NCBI GenBank assembly: GCA_009602725.1
Contig: WELB01000002.1
Location: 848,151 to 912,150 of the forward strand
Origin: Spirogloea muscicola
Taxonomy: Eukaryota
Length of the DNA stretch: 64,000 bases
Direction of reading: 5' to 3'
Shown: positions 1 to 12,287 of the stretch, in pieces
Layout: each line of letters begins with the position of its first letter
How positions within the stretch are numbered: position 1 is the first letter of the stretch
Notes under the pieces: generated by a model
What the model saw: only the letters and a program-made list of their open reading frames with translations
Databases searched by the model: none
Told to the model about the DNA's origin: nothing
Made by a program: the position numbers and the translations under genes

Positions 1-2594
1 GCCTGCAGCCCGCCGCCCCGCCGCGCCGCGCCCGCCCGCGCCGGCCCGAGCCCGGCCCGCCCCAACGCTTCTGGACTCCCTTTGCTCCTTGCCTTGCCGC
101 AGGCCCGGCTGGTAAGTGCCCCTTGCTCCTGTTACTGCGACTCACGGTAGACGCGGGGGTTGCCACCGACGGCGGCTACCTCCTCTGCGAGCAGTGCCTT
201 AGCACACGCCACACTCTGCATGCAAGGCCACGTTCTCATGCATGCGACGGCATTCCACACATTCTTGCCGCCTGCTACGACCAGCAGAAGTCTGTCTGGT
301 TGTTCAGCCATTGCTTGCACTTCAATACGGCATAACAGACGGTAAGTCTGCGAGGTCCATCTTGCATTGTCTTCGCTATGGCTCTCGATCAGCCGAGAGG
401 AATATTAGAGATAGCATCGAGCGAGACGTGAATGGATGAAAGCTTGTCAGCTACCCTCAGAATCCATTGAAGTCCATACGAAGTCCACATCCGTGCACCT
501 TTCATGTGATTGCATCTGTTTAGCACCTCAACAGGATACCTGTGCTATCAATGACGACGGAGATCTTGATGTGCTACACATGCAAGCACTTGCATGTGCA
601 GCCAATATTCACGTACTGGTGATATGCAAGCATCTGCTTCTTCAAGTATGTCATTGAAAAAGCTCAATCAGCAGTAGATATTGCAGCGATGTTGCAGGTA
701 GTGTGACATGCAGCTAATCACAGGACATACTACTGAATAGCAACGCAGCGAAAAGTTGTAGGCACTGTAGACAATAGACGTTTGCTCCTCTTCCTCCATA
801 TTCTCATTCTACCTTGCAATATGAGTTCTGATCTTTTAACATCCATCTCTAGCCTCTCCCCCAGCATTAAGATCCTCTCTGTGTGCATACCGACATATGC
901 TTCTGGCTCCTTGAAACCATTGAGAAAGCAACTGTTTTGTCTTCCGCCGTAAGTGACATGCAAAATGTATCGTCCACAATGCCTACAAATTTGCTTGTTA
1001 TGTTGCTGTTCAGTGGATGTCCTTTAAGTAACTACATGTCACAGTACCTGCAATGTCACTACAGTATCTACTGCCGATGAAAAGTACCTGAAATGTAACA
1101 CACTACCTGCAACATCACTGCAAGATAACCTGCTGAAAAGCTTACCTTTGACGTGCTTCATGAAGCTCCACTTTACCTGCAATGTCACTGCAAGATCAAC
1201 TGCTGATGAACCTACTGTAGACGTACTAAATGAAGCCAATGCTTGCATGTCACCAGTACGTGACATCAGCTGCTGCTATCACGTATCAAAGGGCACTGGA
1301 AAGAAGGACCTGCTAACCAATATTGCAGAATTTTATCTCCATTGTCGGCAAGATTGCCACCATACAAAAGTCCTTTCCAGACAAGTGACTTGGCGCCTTT
1401 CGAGAATGAAATGTATTGCATCCTGTGACTTTGATGGATGCTGCTTCCTTTTTGTATGCAGAGGGAGCTAGAAGAGTTGTCATCGAATCAACTAAAGAGA
1501 CAATTATGCAGTCTTTATGTACGCATTCTGCATTCAGCTAGCCTGATGGATTTCTTTGGCGTGCAGACTGCTTCACTAGCCAACCCAGTGCGGGAAGATG
1601 CATTATTGCTTCAGAATGAGAAATGGTTTCAGTCTCACCCCAGTCCTGTGCCGCTTTCTCTCTCCAATGAAGGCAAGGTGCAACTGATCGAGCTGGTCAG
1701 TACCATCTGTAGCGCCATACAGCGTGCTCTCTATCCACTTGGATAGACATTAATAATTTAACTCCTGCAAGCAAGAGAAGCGGCTACACACGAAATAGAG
1801 AGCACACAGCTGAGGTTGTTGGAGCTACTTATGTCACAATTGAGCCTGACAAGTGTTTCCACCAGTGCAACCTGGCCGTGCTTTACTGCAAAAGCGAGGA
1901 TACACTTGCTAGGAAGCGGAGCACTGCGGGGGCAGGCAGTCCTATCAAATTCAACTCAACAGCCCACATCCAGAAGGCTCGCTCCCTTGACCTCAGCAAA
2001 CAAGCACGTCACGGTGGAATGGAGTGTGTATTGAGTGATGGAGGGCCTGAGTGGCCAAGTACAACGGCAAGCACGTTGAGAGATGTACATCACCTGTTGC
2101 TTGACTGACCCAGATGGTGCAGCAAGGCTTCAGACTGGAAGCCCTTGACTCCATCATGACCAATGTGCTCCTTTGTTGCATGTGAACTCTCTGCAGGGCT
2201 TGAAGCGCCTCACATGTCCACTTTGTGTGATGGTAAACATTCAAGTACGCGGCCGAGAGGGCGGGTGGAGTGAAGCGATGCTGATGGATATATAAGCACC
2301 GGCCCTGCGGTGGTTCTTTCACTACTTTGCCAGAATCTGTTGTCCAGTTTGTCAACAAGGAAAACATCTGCGAGTGGAACGGTCGCCAATGGCAAATGAA
2401 GTGTGCCTGTGTGACAACAGAGTTGCTGGCAAGGAAGTCAGTGACAACGGCAGTCAGATACTGCGAGAGGAGCAGTTTCCGCTGACTCATGCATCGGTGC
2501 TCGCTGCCAGGCAGTGACAAACTGGGTGGACTCAGCGCTTGCATGCCACCAGCCGGGATCCACTAGGTGGAATTTGGCGAATATGTGCAAAGGG

Positions 2595-3372
2595 AGGTCG
2601 CCCAGGCCCACAGCGGGTGGGCAGCCCTGTCAAGCCAGGCGCCTGCAAGCTAACGAGTCCGGTGCATGGCGAACTCTCACGCTGACCGTTGGCCGCAGAG
2701 GCCTCACGAGCCTCACGACAAGCAGCAAGTACGTGCAGGGCGCCTTTCTGCTCGCGTCCGGGGGGTTGGTCAGACCTCGCAAAAAGCGGTACCAGGCGGG
2801 GCTCGTCGAGTGGGGGGGGGTGTGGGAAATTCCAGAGCGAGGGAAGGGGAGGGAGGCAGGGCAAGCGTGGTCTCCGACGGTGGGGCAGGCTGCAGGCGGG
2901 CCGCCGGCGCCGGTCCCCGGCCATCAAGGCAGGGGCCCTTTGACCGAAGCTCGCTCGTTGGGGGGGGGAGGTGGGCGGAGGCCGCGGCCAGAGCGCGTCC
3001 TGCGCGCGTGTGGACAGCGTGGGCAAGGGATCGCTGGAACGATACCGCCAAGCGCATGCGAAANAGCCGGGTCGCCAGCGCAGGTGTACCGCATGCGCTT
3101 GGCCGTCTCGCGCAGAGGTCTATGGCCCGCGCGCTGCACCTGCGTGCCGGATGAGCCCTTGCCTCTGGCTCTGACCAGGGACCCACTTCCAGAAGCCAAG
3201 TTTCTCTGACCTGAGGCTGCTTAGCCGGAATTACTGAGTGCTTCGTCGCTGCTTCGTTGCTTTTGGTGCTTGTTTTTCTTAGTGCTTCCCCTGTCCCGTT
3301 CTTGTACTTGTTTCCATTCTTTTTTGGGCTGGCTTTTTCCTGCCCCTATACTCAATGGCGAGCCCTTCTCCC
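2595..3372 (+). mobile_element. CRE-like non-LTR retrotransposon fragments (post-RT piece, endonuclease C-terminus, 3' UTR)
   Basis: AQVYRMRLAVS.QRSMA..LHL C-terminal motif shared with many copies in the window, followed by a T-rich UTR and the gggctggc-ttttt-cctgccc hairpin at about 3326-3345. Boundaries approximate. Confidence 0.7.
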
Positions 3373-3524
3373 CAGCAGCCTGACGCTTCCGCAGGGGAAA
3401 TCTTCGACGAACATTAAGCCCGCAAGCGAGGTTAGTGAAAACAAAGAACGCCGCTTCGTGAGGCGACGGCTGTGAGAGGTGAGCCTAGGAAATAATGAAC
3501 CGACGAGGAGATCTCTAACGAGAG

Positions 3525-4325
3525 GAGAAGGGCTTGGCCATCGAGGATAGGGGCTGGAAAAGCCAGCCCAGAAAATAATGAACCAAGTACGAGAAGGGGC
3601 CCAGGGAAAGCGTTACGGAAAACAAGAACAAAGAGAAATAAAGCAGCTACGATTTTCAGTAACCCCTGCTAAGCAGCCGCAAGTCAGAGAAGCTAGGCTT
3701 CTGGAAGTGGGTCCCCTGGCCAGAGCCAGAGGCAGCAGCGAGGGCTCTGCCGGCACGCAGGTGCTGCGAGCGGGCCATCGACCTCTGCAGCGAGACGGCC
3801 AGGCGCGTACGGTACACCTGGGCTAGCGACCCGGCTGCAGGAAAGGCCACCGGCTCCCCATGGAAGCGGCGGACGATGGCGTGGCGGGCGAGCTGGTTGA
3901 GCAGCTCAAGCCACCACCATGGGGCGCCAACGCCCCATGCGTGTCGATAGCCAGCGGGAATAACTCATATTTCCGCGGATGATCAGCATACTATAACTCT
4001 TCTGCCTGAGCGGCGCAGGCAACCGCATACCCAGCCTCGATGGGCTGGGTGTGAGCAGTCGTATGCGTCGGTGGTCACCACGTCCAGGATAAGACGTGGC
4101 CCGCCGGCTTGTGAGGTTGGCCACAAGGTCTACGCGACGTGCATGGAGACTGTCGGCCCTTTGCTGGAGCGGCATGACGGCGGAGTTCTCCGCTGCCACC
4201 GAGAAGCCAGCCTGCACCATGCCATGCATCGCATCCCGGAGGCGGACGAGGAGTCCGACAGGAGCGGTGGGCCGCTCCCAACGAACCGCCGGGCGCCGCG
4301 GGCGGTCGAAGCGGCGCGGTAAATG
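3525..4325 (-). mobile_element. CRE-like 3' fragment (restriction-like endonuclease region and 3' UTR)
   Basis: Minus-strand RRVDLVA motif and SLAQVYRTRLAVSLQRSMA...SFSDLRLLSRGY* C-terminus; terminal hairpin at 3550-3570. Confidence 0.75.
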
Positions 4326-4329
4326 GCGA

Positions 4330-5000
4330 GAGAAGAGAGAAGTGGCACTCCCAATGGGGGCAGGGGCTGTGGAAAGCTAGCCCGAAAAGAGTTAACAAAA
4401 GTTCTAAGTGGCCAGAAACGCTTAGCAGCTACGAAGGGGCCTGAAGAAGCTATGTCAGAACGGGGGGAGGATGGACCACTCAGTACTGACGAGTGAGGAG
4501 CCTCAAATCCGAAAGACTAGCTGCCGGGGTTCTATCCCCCTGACGAAAGCCGGAGGCCGCAGCGGGAGCACAGCCAGCATGCAGATGCAAGGCTTGGGCC
4601 AGGGACCGCTGAAGGGAGACCGACAATCTCATCCGATAGACTCGGGCCCACGAGCCAGCGGCGTTGAAGTCGGCCGGCTCACCGCGCCTGCGGGACACAG
4701 TGTGCCGCGCAAGCCTAGCCAGCAGGTCGAGCCACAAGGACCCGAGAGCCACGTGCACGTCCACAGCCAGGGGGGCAAATTCATCTGCAGCCTGGTGTCG
4801 GCGTGTTTGGCCGCCTTGCTGCGAGCAGCCTTCGCCACAGCATGGCCAGCCCGCGAGGCGGAGAGCCCCGGGTTGGATCACATCAGTGGTGACCACATCA
4901 GCAATGATGCGCGCGCCGCCGCCCGGCGTGGACGTCACCAGGTTGACACGGTGCGTGTGGAGAAAAGCGCCCGGATGAAAGGCAACTCTGCCCCTCGGCC
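4330..5000 (-). mobile_element. CRE-like 3' fragment
   Basis: RVNLVT..IIADVVTTD..DEFAPLAVDVHVALG..RVYRMRLSVSLQRS..DLRLLTRQY* (ORF 4480-5034). Confidence 0.75.
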
Positions 5001-5019
5001 ATGGCGGCCTCGGCTGCCG

Positions 5020-6040
5020 CTCGCTCGCCACCACGCCTGCAGGCCAGCGTACCTAGGCAGCTGGACACAGGTCGCCCCGTCGGTGTCACAACGCTTCCTC
5101 CTCCTCGATGGGCGGCCTGTGTTGCAGCAGGCGGTGGCGAAAGTGGAGACGGTGCGCTGCCATTCCGAGTGGCGCTTCACTCAGCTCACTGCGCGCTACT
5201 CGCGAGCACCCGGCCCTGCCAGGAGCGCGGTCCTCTTTGCGCACCTGACCCACTCCGCCGACTCGCGGGCGCAGGCGCGTCACGTGGCCGAGCTCGACGA
5301 GGCGGCCTTCACCGCCTCGCTGCACTTACTCCCCCTGTCAGACGTGCGCGGGCATGCCCGGCTGCGGCCGGCATCCTCCCCTAGCACGGCGACCTGGCTC
5401 TCCGCTCTTCCGCTCACGACGCACTGCGAATGCCAGACGGATCTTCCGCACGACCGTCTAACGCCTCCCCGGGATTCACCGCGCCCTGTCTTCCAGGAGT
5501 GCTGCAGTGCGAGTGCGGAGAGCGAGCGGTGTACCAACGGAGCTGGCGGTGCTCGTCATCCGCTGCGCGAACGGAGGCGAGCGGCCTGTAGCCTATGACC
5601 TCCTCAGGTATGCCATGCTCCTGGGCGCTGGGTACACTGTGGCGCTGGAAACACGTCCATGACGCCTATCTCGCAGACGGCGGATGGACTCCATACTCGG
5701 CGGGCCGACCTGGTGGCCAGCACGCCGCGCGGCGGCCCATATTCCGTAGGACTTCGTGTTCCAGACAAATTGTACTGTATTAGCACAACCTGGAACTCAG
5801 ATTTCCGTCATCGCCGCTGCTGTCACCACTTATGTGGTAGACCGTTGCAATTTGGGGCTGTCTGCCTCGAGGGCTGGCCATGCTGCGGCGAACGCTGCTC
5901 GCAGCAAGGCGGCAAAGAAGCAGGCAGACCATCCGGCAGGGGACGATTTCGTTCCTGCCGTGGATGTGCACGAAGCTCTCGGGTCTCCGGTCCCCGTGGC
6001 TCGACCCATTGGCCCGGCTTGTGCTGTGTTCCGCAGGCGA
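5020..6040 (+). mobile_element. CRE-like fragment (post-RT region through endonuclease), frameshifted
   Basis: CRPAYLGSWTQVA matches CRAAYLGSWAQTA of the 49-52 kb copy; TWLSALP, RRADLVA and KAAKKQADHPAGDDFVPAVDVH motifs. Confidence 0.75.
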
Positions 6041-6043
6041 GGT

Positions 6044-7650
6044 GAGCAGGCCGGCCGGGTGGGTCAGCTCTCCCTCAGGACGGCGCCCCGCGGGCTGGCC
6101 GGATTGACCAACTCTCTCGGCCTCATAGCTGCATGGCCTCGGTCCTGTGTCCGCATGGCCTCAGTCCCTTGGCCCCGTGAGCCAGGCTATTGGCCTGGCG
6201 CGCCACCTCCTTGGCGCTAGTCACTGTGCAGCGCGCCAGTCCCTTGGACTCGCGCGCCGGCCTCTTGGCGCTAGTCCCTTGAACTCGTGCTACAGACCTC
6301 TGGCCCTGTGTGCCAGCCTGTCGTGTCCCCTTGTCAGGCCCCTTGTCAGGAGGGAGGGCCCTGGGGGCGACCCTCGTCACACCCTCAGGGGAGGGGTGGC
6401 AGGAGAACCGCTATAAGTGGTGGGCCTTGGTCAGACTCCGGGGTGACCAACGCCCGAGAGAGACACAGCCCTGCTGCTGCCTAGCCAGCCCCGCTGTTGC
6501 CTGCTGCCGCAGCCGCCACAGCTCTGCTGCTGCCGTCTGCTGCCAGCCCGTCGCCGCAGCTCATCGCTGCGGGCCCTGCCGGCTCTCTGTAAGTCTATTG
6601 GTAGAGTCACCGCCCTAGGGCGGTGCCTCAGGGTAAGACTTCCGCTGCGCTCTGTGCGCGTATGTGCGTTGGCGTTTTCCTGTATGAGGATTGTCTCCAG
6701 AACACCCTATGCTCGAATCCAAACCAGGACATTCTGACTCTAACTGTAACGTTTCCGCCGTTTGAAAGTGCCAACGGCGCGCGATAACCTTACGTGAGCG
6801 TAACGTATCTACCGTTTGGAGTCCCAAACGGTGCGGGTAGCTTGGCTGCACTCCGTGTAGCTAAGTACGGTTCGAGGGTCCCTGGCTCCGTACCCTGTCG
6901 GCACGCCTCGGGCTCACGCCCTGCAGGCCGGCCGGGTGGGTCAGCTCTCCCTCAGGCCGGCGCCCCGCGGGCCGACCGGATTGACCAGCTCTCCAGTCCT
7001 CATGGCTGCATGGCCTCAGTCCCTTGACCCCGTGAGCCAGGCTATTGGCCTGGCGCGCCACCTCCTTGGCGCTAGTCACTGTCCAGCGCGCCAGTCCCTT
7101 GGACTCGCGCGCCGGCCTCTTGGCGCTAGTCCCTTGGACTCGTGCTAAAGGCCACTGGCCCTGTATGCCAGCCTGTTGTGTTTGTCGTGTCCCCTCGTCA
7201 GGCCCGCCCCTCCAAGGGAGGGCCTTGGGGCCGACCCTCGTCACACCCTCAGGGGAGGGGTGGCAGGAGAACCGCTATAAGTAGTGGGCCTTGGTCAGAC
7301 TCCGGAGTCGACCAACGCCCCAGAGAGACACAGCCCCGCTGCTGCCTGCTGCTGCCGCCGCCGCCACAGCTCTGCTGCTGCCGGCTGCTGCCAGCCCGTC
7401 GCTGCAGCTCATCGCTGCGGACCCTGCCGGCTCTCTGTAAGTCTATTGGTAGAGTCACCGCTCTAGGGCGGTGCCTCAGGGTAAGACTTCCGCTGCGCTC
7501 TGTGCGCGTATGTGCGTTGGCGTTCTCCTGTATGAGGGTTGTCTCCAAAACACCCTATACTCGAATCCAAACCAGGACATTCTGACTCTAACTGTGTGAT
7601 TAAGAGCAGAGATGTCACACTAACTGTGCGATCAGAACAGAGATGTCACA
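6044..7650 (+). mobile_element. 5'-truncated gypsy LTR (family A), interrupted by a nested solo LTR
   Basis: Matches LTR-A copies; after the nested LTR it resumes ctaactgtgcgatcagaacagagatgtcaca, ending in CA at 7650. Confidence 0.85.
6745..7619 (+). mobile_element. Solo LTR family A, TSD CTAAC
   Basis: TGTAAC...GTCACA termini; CTAAC at 6740-6744 and 7620-7624; near-identical to 47845-48739. Confidence 0.95.
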
Positions 7651-8590
7651 GCTAGTCTTTGGGATCTGCGGCTCCTCACTCGTGGCAATTGGGTGGCTCA
7701 TCCTCCCCCAGCTCTGAGATAGCGCTTCTGCCCCTTCGAGCCTTGTCATATCTATTCGGGCTGGCTTTTCGCTGGCCATGCTGCGGCGAACGCCACTAGC
7801 TTGCATTGCGGCAAAACACACAGACCACCCGGCCGGGGACGAGTTCGTATCCCAGGCCGTGGATGTGCACGGGGCTCTTAAGTCCCAGTGGCTCGACCTG
7901 CTGACCAGGCTTGCGTGGCACGCCGTGTCCCGCAGGCTGACTTCAATGTCGCTGGCTCGTTGGCTCAGGTCTACCGCATGCGCCTGTCCATCTTCCTTCA
8001 GCGTTCATGGCCCACGCCTTGCATCTGCGTGCTGGCCGTGCTCTTGCTGCAGCCTCTGGCTTTCGTCAGGGGGATTGTCTCCGGCAGATAGTTTGTTGAA
8101 GGCTCCTCAGTCGCAGTTACTGAGTGGTTCATCCTACCCCAAGTTTTGCAATAGCGCTTCTGGCCCCTTCGCACTTTGGCCCCTTCGAAGCTTGTCCGTT
8201 CTTTTGGGCTGGTTTGTCACAGCCCTTGGCCCCGTTGGGAATACCACTTTCTTTCTTGCTTGCGATAGGAAATTAAGTGATCGCCCTTGAAAATATATAT
8301 ATCGCCATAGAGGATAGGGGCTGGGAAAGGCCAGCCCAATAAGAATGTATAAGTTTCGAAGGGGCCAGGGGAAGCGCTAAAATCCGTTAGGAGAGCGGCT
8401 GTTTATTTCTTTTTGTGGGCTGGCTTTTCCAAGCCTATCCTCAATGGGCGAGCCCTTCTCTGTCCCTCTGCTGCCGGCTCCCTCGCCCAGGTACTTCGCA
8501 TAAGGCTGGCGGTCTCGTTTCAGCGGTCTCTGGCTCATGCGGATGTACACGCTTGCACTCCTTGAGCCCTGTGTGTGCTTTAGGATGTCA
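7651..8590. mobile_element. Cluster of CRE-like 3' ends (mostly plus strand, one minus-strand UTR at about 8305-8380)
   Basis: AAKHTDHPAGDEFVSQAVDVHG and SLAQVYRMRLSIFLQRS motifs; repeated gggctggc hairpins. Confidence 0.7.
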
Positions 8591-9372
8591 CCTTGACAAG
8601 TGCAGAATTGTCCAGGCCAAAGCCATGCTGCAGCAGACCAGTGAAAGCATGCTGTCGACTCGCAAGCTACGAGTAGCCAGTCAGCATTTGCCCACGGTGG
8701 CACTGCTCCAAATTGGGGCCTTGCCATGCGCTTACCTTGACGCGCCTTGCTCGTGCCGCTGAATTCTCGTTCTGGGCAAAGCCCTCCCCTATGGCTAGCC
8801 TCCTATGCTTGTACACTCTCTCCATGCCAACTCGTCTGGGATCTCGATCCGCTTATCGGTGAAGGCGCATTCGGCTCAGGGCCCTGCAGCCGCCCAGATT
8901 GTCAGCTACTAGACGGAATCATGATGAGAACGTGCGACCTGCCGGCCTGCAGCTCAAAGCGAGAGAGGAGCCAGGCCGTCCACCATGGTCCTGGTCGCAT
9001 GCCGCACGAGTCCCAAGAGTCGTCCTCCGATGGAAGCGACGGTGTTTAAACGAGATGACCGTGGATGTGATTAAGTAGTGGCTTTCATTGGTGAAGCCAC
9101 CAAATAAATATTACAACGTACGAGTAAGCATACGGAGCGATTGTACGGTTGAGCAGCTCTCTGTATTTTCAAGTGTAACCAGACCTACATGCACACCACT
9201 CTCCTGTAGAGAACCATGATCCGCTGCCGTTATTCCAAGATTATTCAGTGTGAGAACCTGGCGCATCTTTCATGCGATATGACTCCTTGATGATTTTGGG
9301 CCGTCATTTGCTCAAGTCGCAATAGACAACGGTAAGCCCAAGGCCCAAGGGCCCACCGACTTGGCCGTGCTG

Positions 9373-12286
9373 TGCAACGTTCCGACCGTGTGGAGCAGCC
9401 AATCGGTGCTGGTAATGCTGCTTGCCCATGGAAGTAGCTGTTGGCGAGTTTACGGGACTGCCAAGCTACAAGGCCGCTAGCCGCTTGACAGGCAAACGGC
9501 CCGGGCGGTCCGTCCGCCCTTTTAGATGCCTCGCCAGGTCCGCCCTGCCAAGGGTGGACCTTGGCTCGCCCACGGGCAGGCCTTAGGGCGACCCCTCACA
9601 CACTGGGATGGCGGTGGCATGGGAGAAGCACAAGTCCTGGGCCGAGACTCGACCTAGGCCGTTTATGCCGGTGAAGCCCGAGAGCAGCCCTGCTGCTGCC
9701 TGCCGCCACAGCTGCCGCCGCAGCCTGCTACGGGCCTGCTGCAGGGTGTCCGTGGCTGCATTCCTTTGGGGACAGCTGCTGGCTGATGCCTAAGAGGTGG
9801 AGTCGCCGCCTGACGTCGGCGCCACAGTGCCGGTCTCCACTGCGCAGATGCGCGAGTGCTTCACCGTGTAGAGGGCTGGCAATTAAACTGCCTACATCCG
9901 AACTTAACAAGGACCACTCACTTCTGACTGTGTGCATAAGGGCATGTGTTAGTTTTGGTGTCAGAGGCGTTCTTGCATCTATCCGGCCCGTGTTTACCTT
10001 GGTTCTGCTAAGCGGGGTCAGCAGGTGCTACGTCATCTTTGCGCCCTTTAGGCATCCACGACTAGCGGCAAAGTGGGTCGCCGTGGAACCGTTACTTTGC
10101 AGCCATTTGGCAAGTTGCCCCAGATGGTGGAGCATGCCAGAAGGGTGTTCCGCACGTATCCGAGCGGCCTGGGTAAGCGCTCTCAGCTTGGGGCGGGAGA
10201 ATCTGCTGAGGCAAAGCGGGTACTCGAGAATTATTGCAGAATGTTGATGCCATAGTTCTTGTCGCCACAGCGAAAGCAACCATTCCCCTCCACAGCTGGC
10301 TTCCTGAAGCCTCCCAGGGGCCGAACATTTGTTTGGCGATAAGAACTATCGATTTAAGGACTGCAATGTTGAATCTTCTTCGGTACCCGCTTTGCCTCAG
10401 CAAATCCTCCTGCCTCAAGCAGAGAGCGCTTGCCCAGTCCACGGGATGAGAGCTGAGCACCTTTCCGGCGTGCTCCACCGTCTGGGTCAAGTTGGCCCCT
10501 GAGAGGCTATATATAGGCCAGCTATGGAGGCGAATGGTTGCTTTCGCTATGGCGACAACAACCATTGCATCAAGGACTGCAAGGCCCCAGGGCCTTCGTC
10601 ATCCAAGTATCGTACCTCGTGCCCTATGGGCCGGGACAAAGGCAAAGTTAAGGGAAGCCGTGAGTACCTTGCCCTAGCCTCAGCGTGCAATCTCATTCGG
10701 CTAGACGTATGTAGGCTGTTTGATGGTGCTGGCAAAGCTTGCTTAGCCAGTGTACCGATGATGCCCTGAAATTCTGCTTCACTGCAAGCTCTCGAGGCCG
10801 GTGGGCCTTTACTTGTGGGGGGGTCTCACACTGACTTGAGCACGTGGCAGATGTGTGTCTGAGCTGGCCTGCTCGCCGTCGGCCTAAACAAAGTGTCTTT
10901 TCCATTGTGCCTCATAGGCGTGGAGTGATTTCTCGAGCTTCGTACGGGACGTCGCTGTTGCGCTCACATTCTGCATGACACAGCGCTCCTTAGGCCTAGT
11001 GTTCATGCAGCTCAGGAGAGGCCGTAAGCGGCAGAAATAGTTCAATGTTGTTCGCACCCCAACTTTTGGTAGTACTTATGGGGCAATTATCATTCTGTTG
11101 GAGGGGGCTGGTTGCGGATGCACCCGCCAAGATCCTCATCGACCTCATGGGCCACAGTGTCATTTCTTGATAAGATCTGGTGTGTACCAAAGGCTTGTAT
11201 GTCCAATTGGGTGGCCTGTCACGAGTGACATTGGCCGATGGCCAACCCACCAATGTGCCAGGCCTCTGGAACGTCTCAATACGCAATTATGAGTCCAACA
11301 CTGAATGTTGTGCCAATGTGTTGGCTGCTGCATTTGATGTAGACTGGATGGTGCTTGGCTGTGTGCTATATCTGCATGCCTTGATTTTTAAAAAACTTGC
11401 ACTGTACAACTTAGCTCTCGCCGTCTTTGCAATAAGATTCCCTGTAAATTGCCCCAGCCCGCAATTACTTCGATATAGCTGTCCGCCATGGAGAATGTAG
11501 TACTCCTTTCTTGTTCCCGAGGACGTGAACATCTAAGTGGGGAGGTATGTAACGTTCCCTCCGTTTGAGGATGCCAACGGTGCCGGTGACCTTACATGAT
11601 CGTATTGCAGCTACTGTTTGGAAGGCCCAAGTGGTACGGTAGCTTGGCTCCACCATATGTGGCTAAGTACGGTCCGAAGCCCCGGGCTTCGGACCGCGCA
11701 GCGTCGTCGGCCAGTCGTACTGTCCGAGAGGCACTGCTTCGCTCGTGCGCGGCATCGTCCCGGAGTTGTCTCCATCCGCCAGGTGCTGCTTCGCTCGTGC
11801 GCGGCAGCGTCTGACAGATCCGTCGTATTGCCTTGTCAGGCCCGCCCCTCCGAGGGAGGACCTTGGGGCAACCCTCATCACACCCTCAGGGGAGGGGTGG
11901 CAGAGGGAACGCTTTTCAGTAGTAGGCCGAGGCCAGACTGATCAGTCGGACCCGTGACGCCAAAAGAGGCACAGCCCTGCTGCTGCCTGCTGCCGCAGCC
12001 GCCGCCACAGCTCTGCTGCTGCCGCCTGCTGCCCAGCCCGTCGCCGCAGCTCGTCGTTGCGGGCCTCACCGGCTCTCTGCGCCCCTTGCGGGGACAGCTG
12101 CTGACCCTCTCGGTGAGTCGCCGCCTTCCAGCGGTGCCTCAGGGTAAGACTTCCGCTGCGCTATGTGCGCGTATGTGTGCGCTGGCGTTCCACTCTGTAA
12201 GGGGGTTGTCTCCAAAACACCCAATGTCCGAAACCCAAACAGGACGTTCTGACCCAAACTGTGTAACTAGGATCAGGGACGTTACA
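9373..12286 (+). mobile_element. Internally deleted gypsy element: LTR (about 9373-9954), PBS, gag/protease remnant, PPT, LTR (11548-12286)
   Basis: PBS-like tggtgtcagag at about 9956; gag remnant TLQPFGKLPQMVEHARRVFRTYP and zinc knuckle CFRYGDNNHCIKDC; protease-like VTLADGQPTNVPG; PPT aagtggggaggta before TGTAAC at 11548. The two LTRs belong to different families. Confidence 0.75.
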
Positions 12287-12287
12287 C

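Noticed and set aside
1438..1746. Possible terminal exon of an unknown gene
   Set aside because: Has a plausible acceptor but no recognisable homology or linkable upstream exons; not supportable.
4330..6040. Twin-priming inversion of one CRE insertion
   Set aside because: The two opposite fragments overlap in the endonuclease region and are diverged, so they are separate copies.
6044..7650. Recurrent Cys/Arg/Pro-rich ORFs in LTRs
   Set aside because: By-products of GC-rich (GCT/GCC)n LTR sequence; frames are not conserved between copies.
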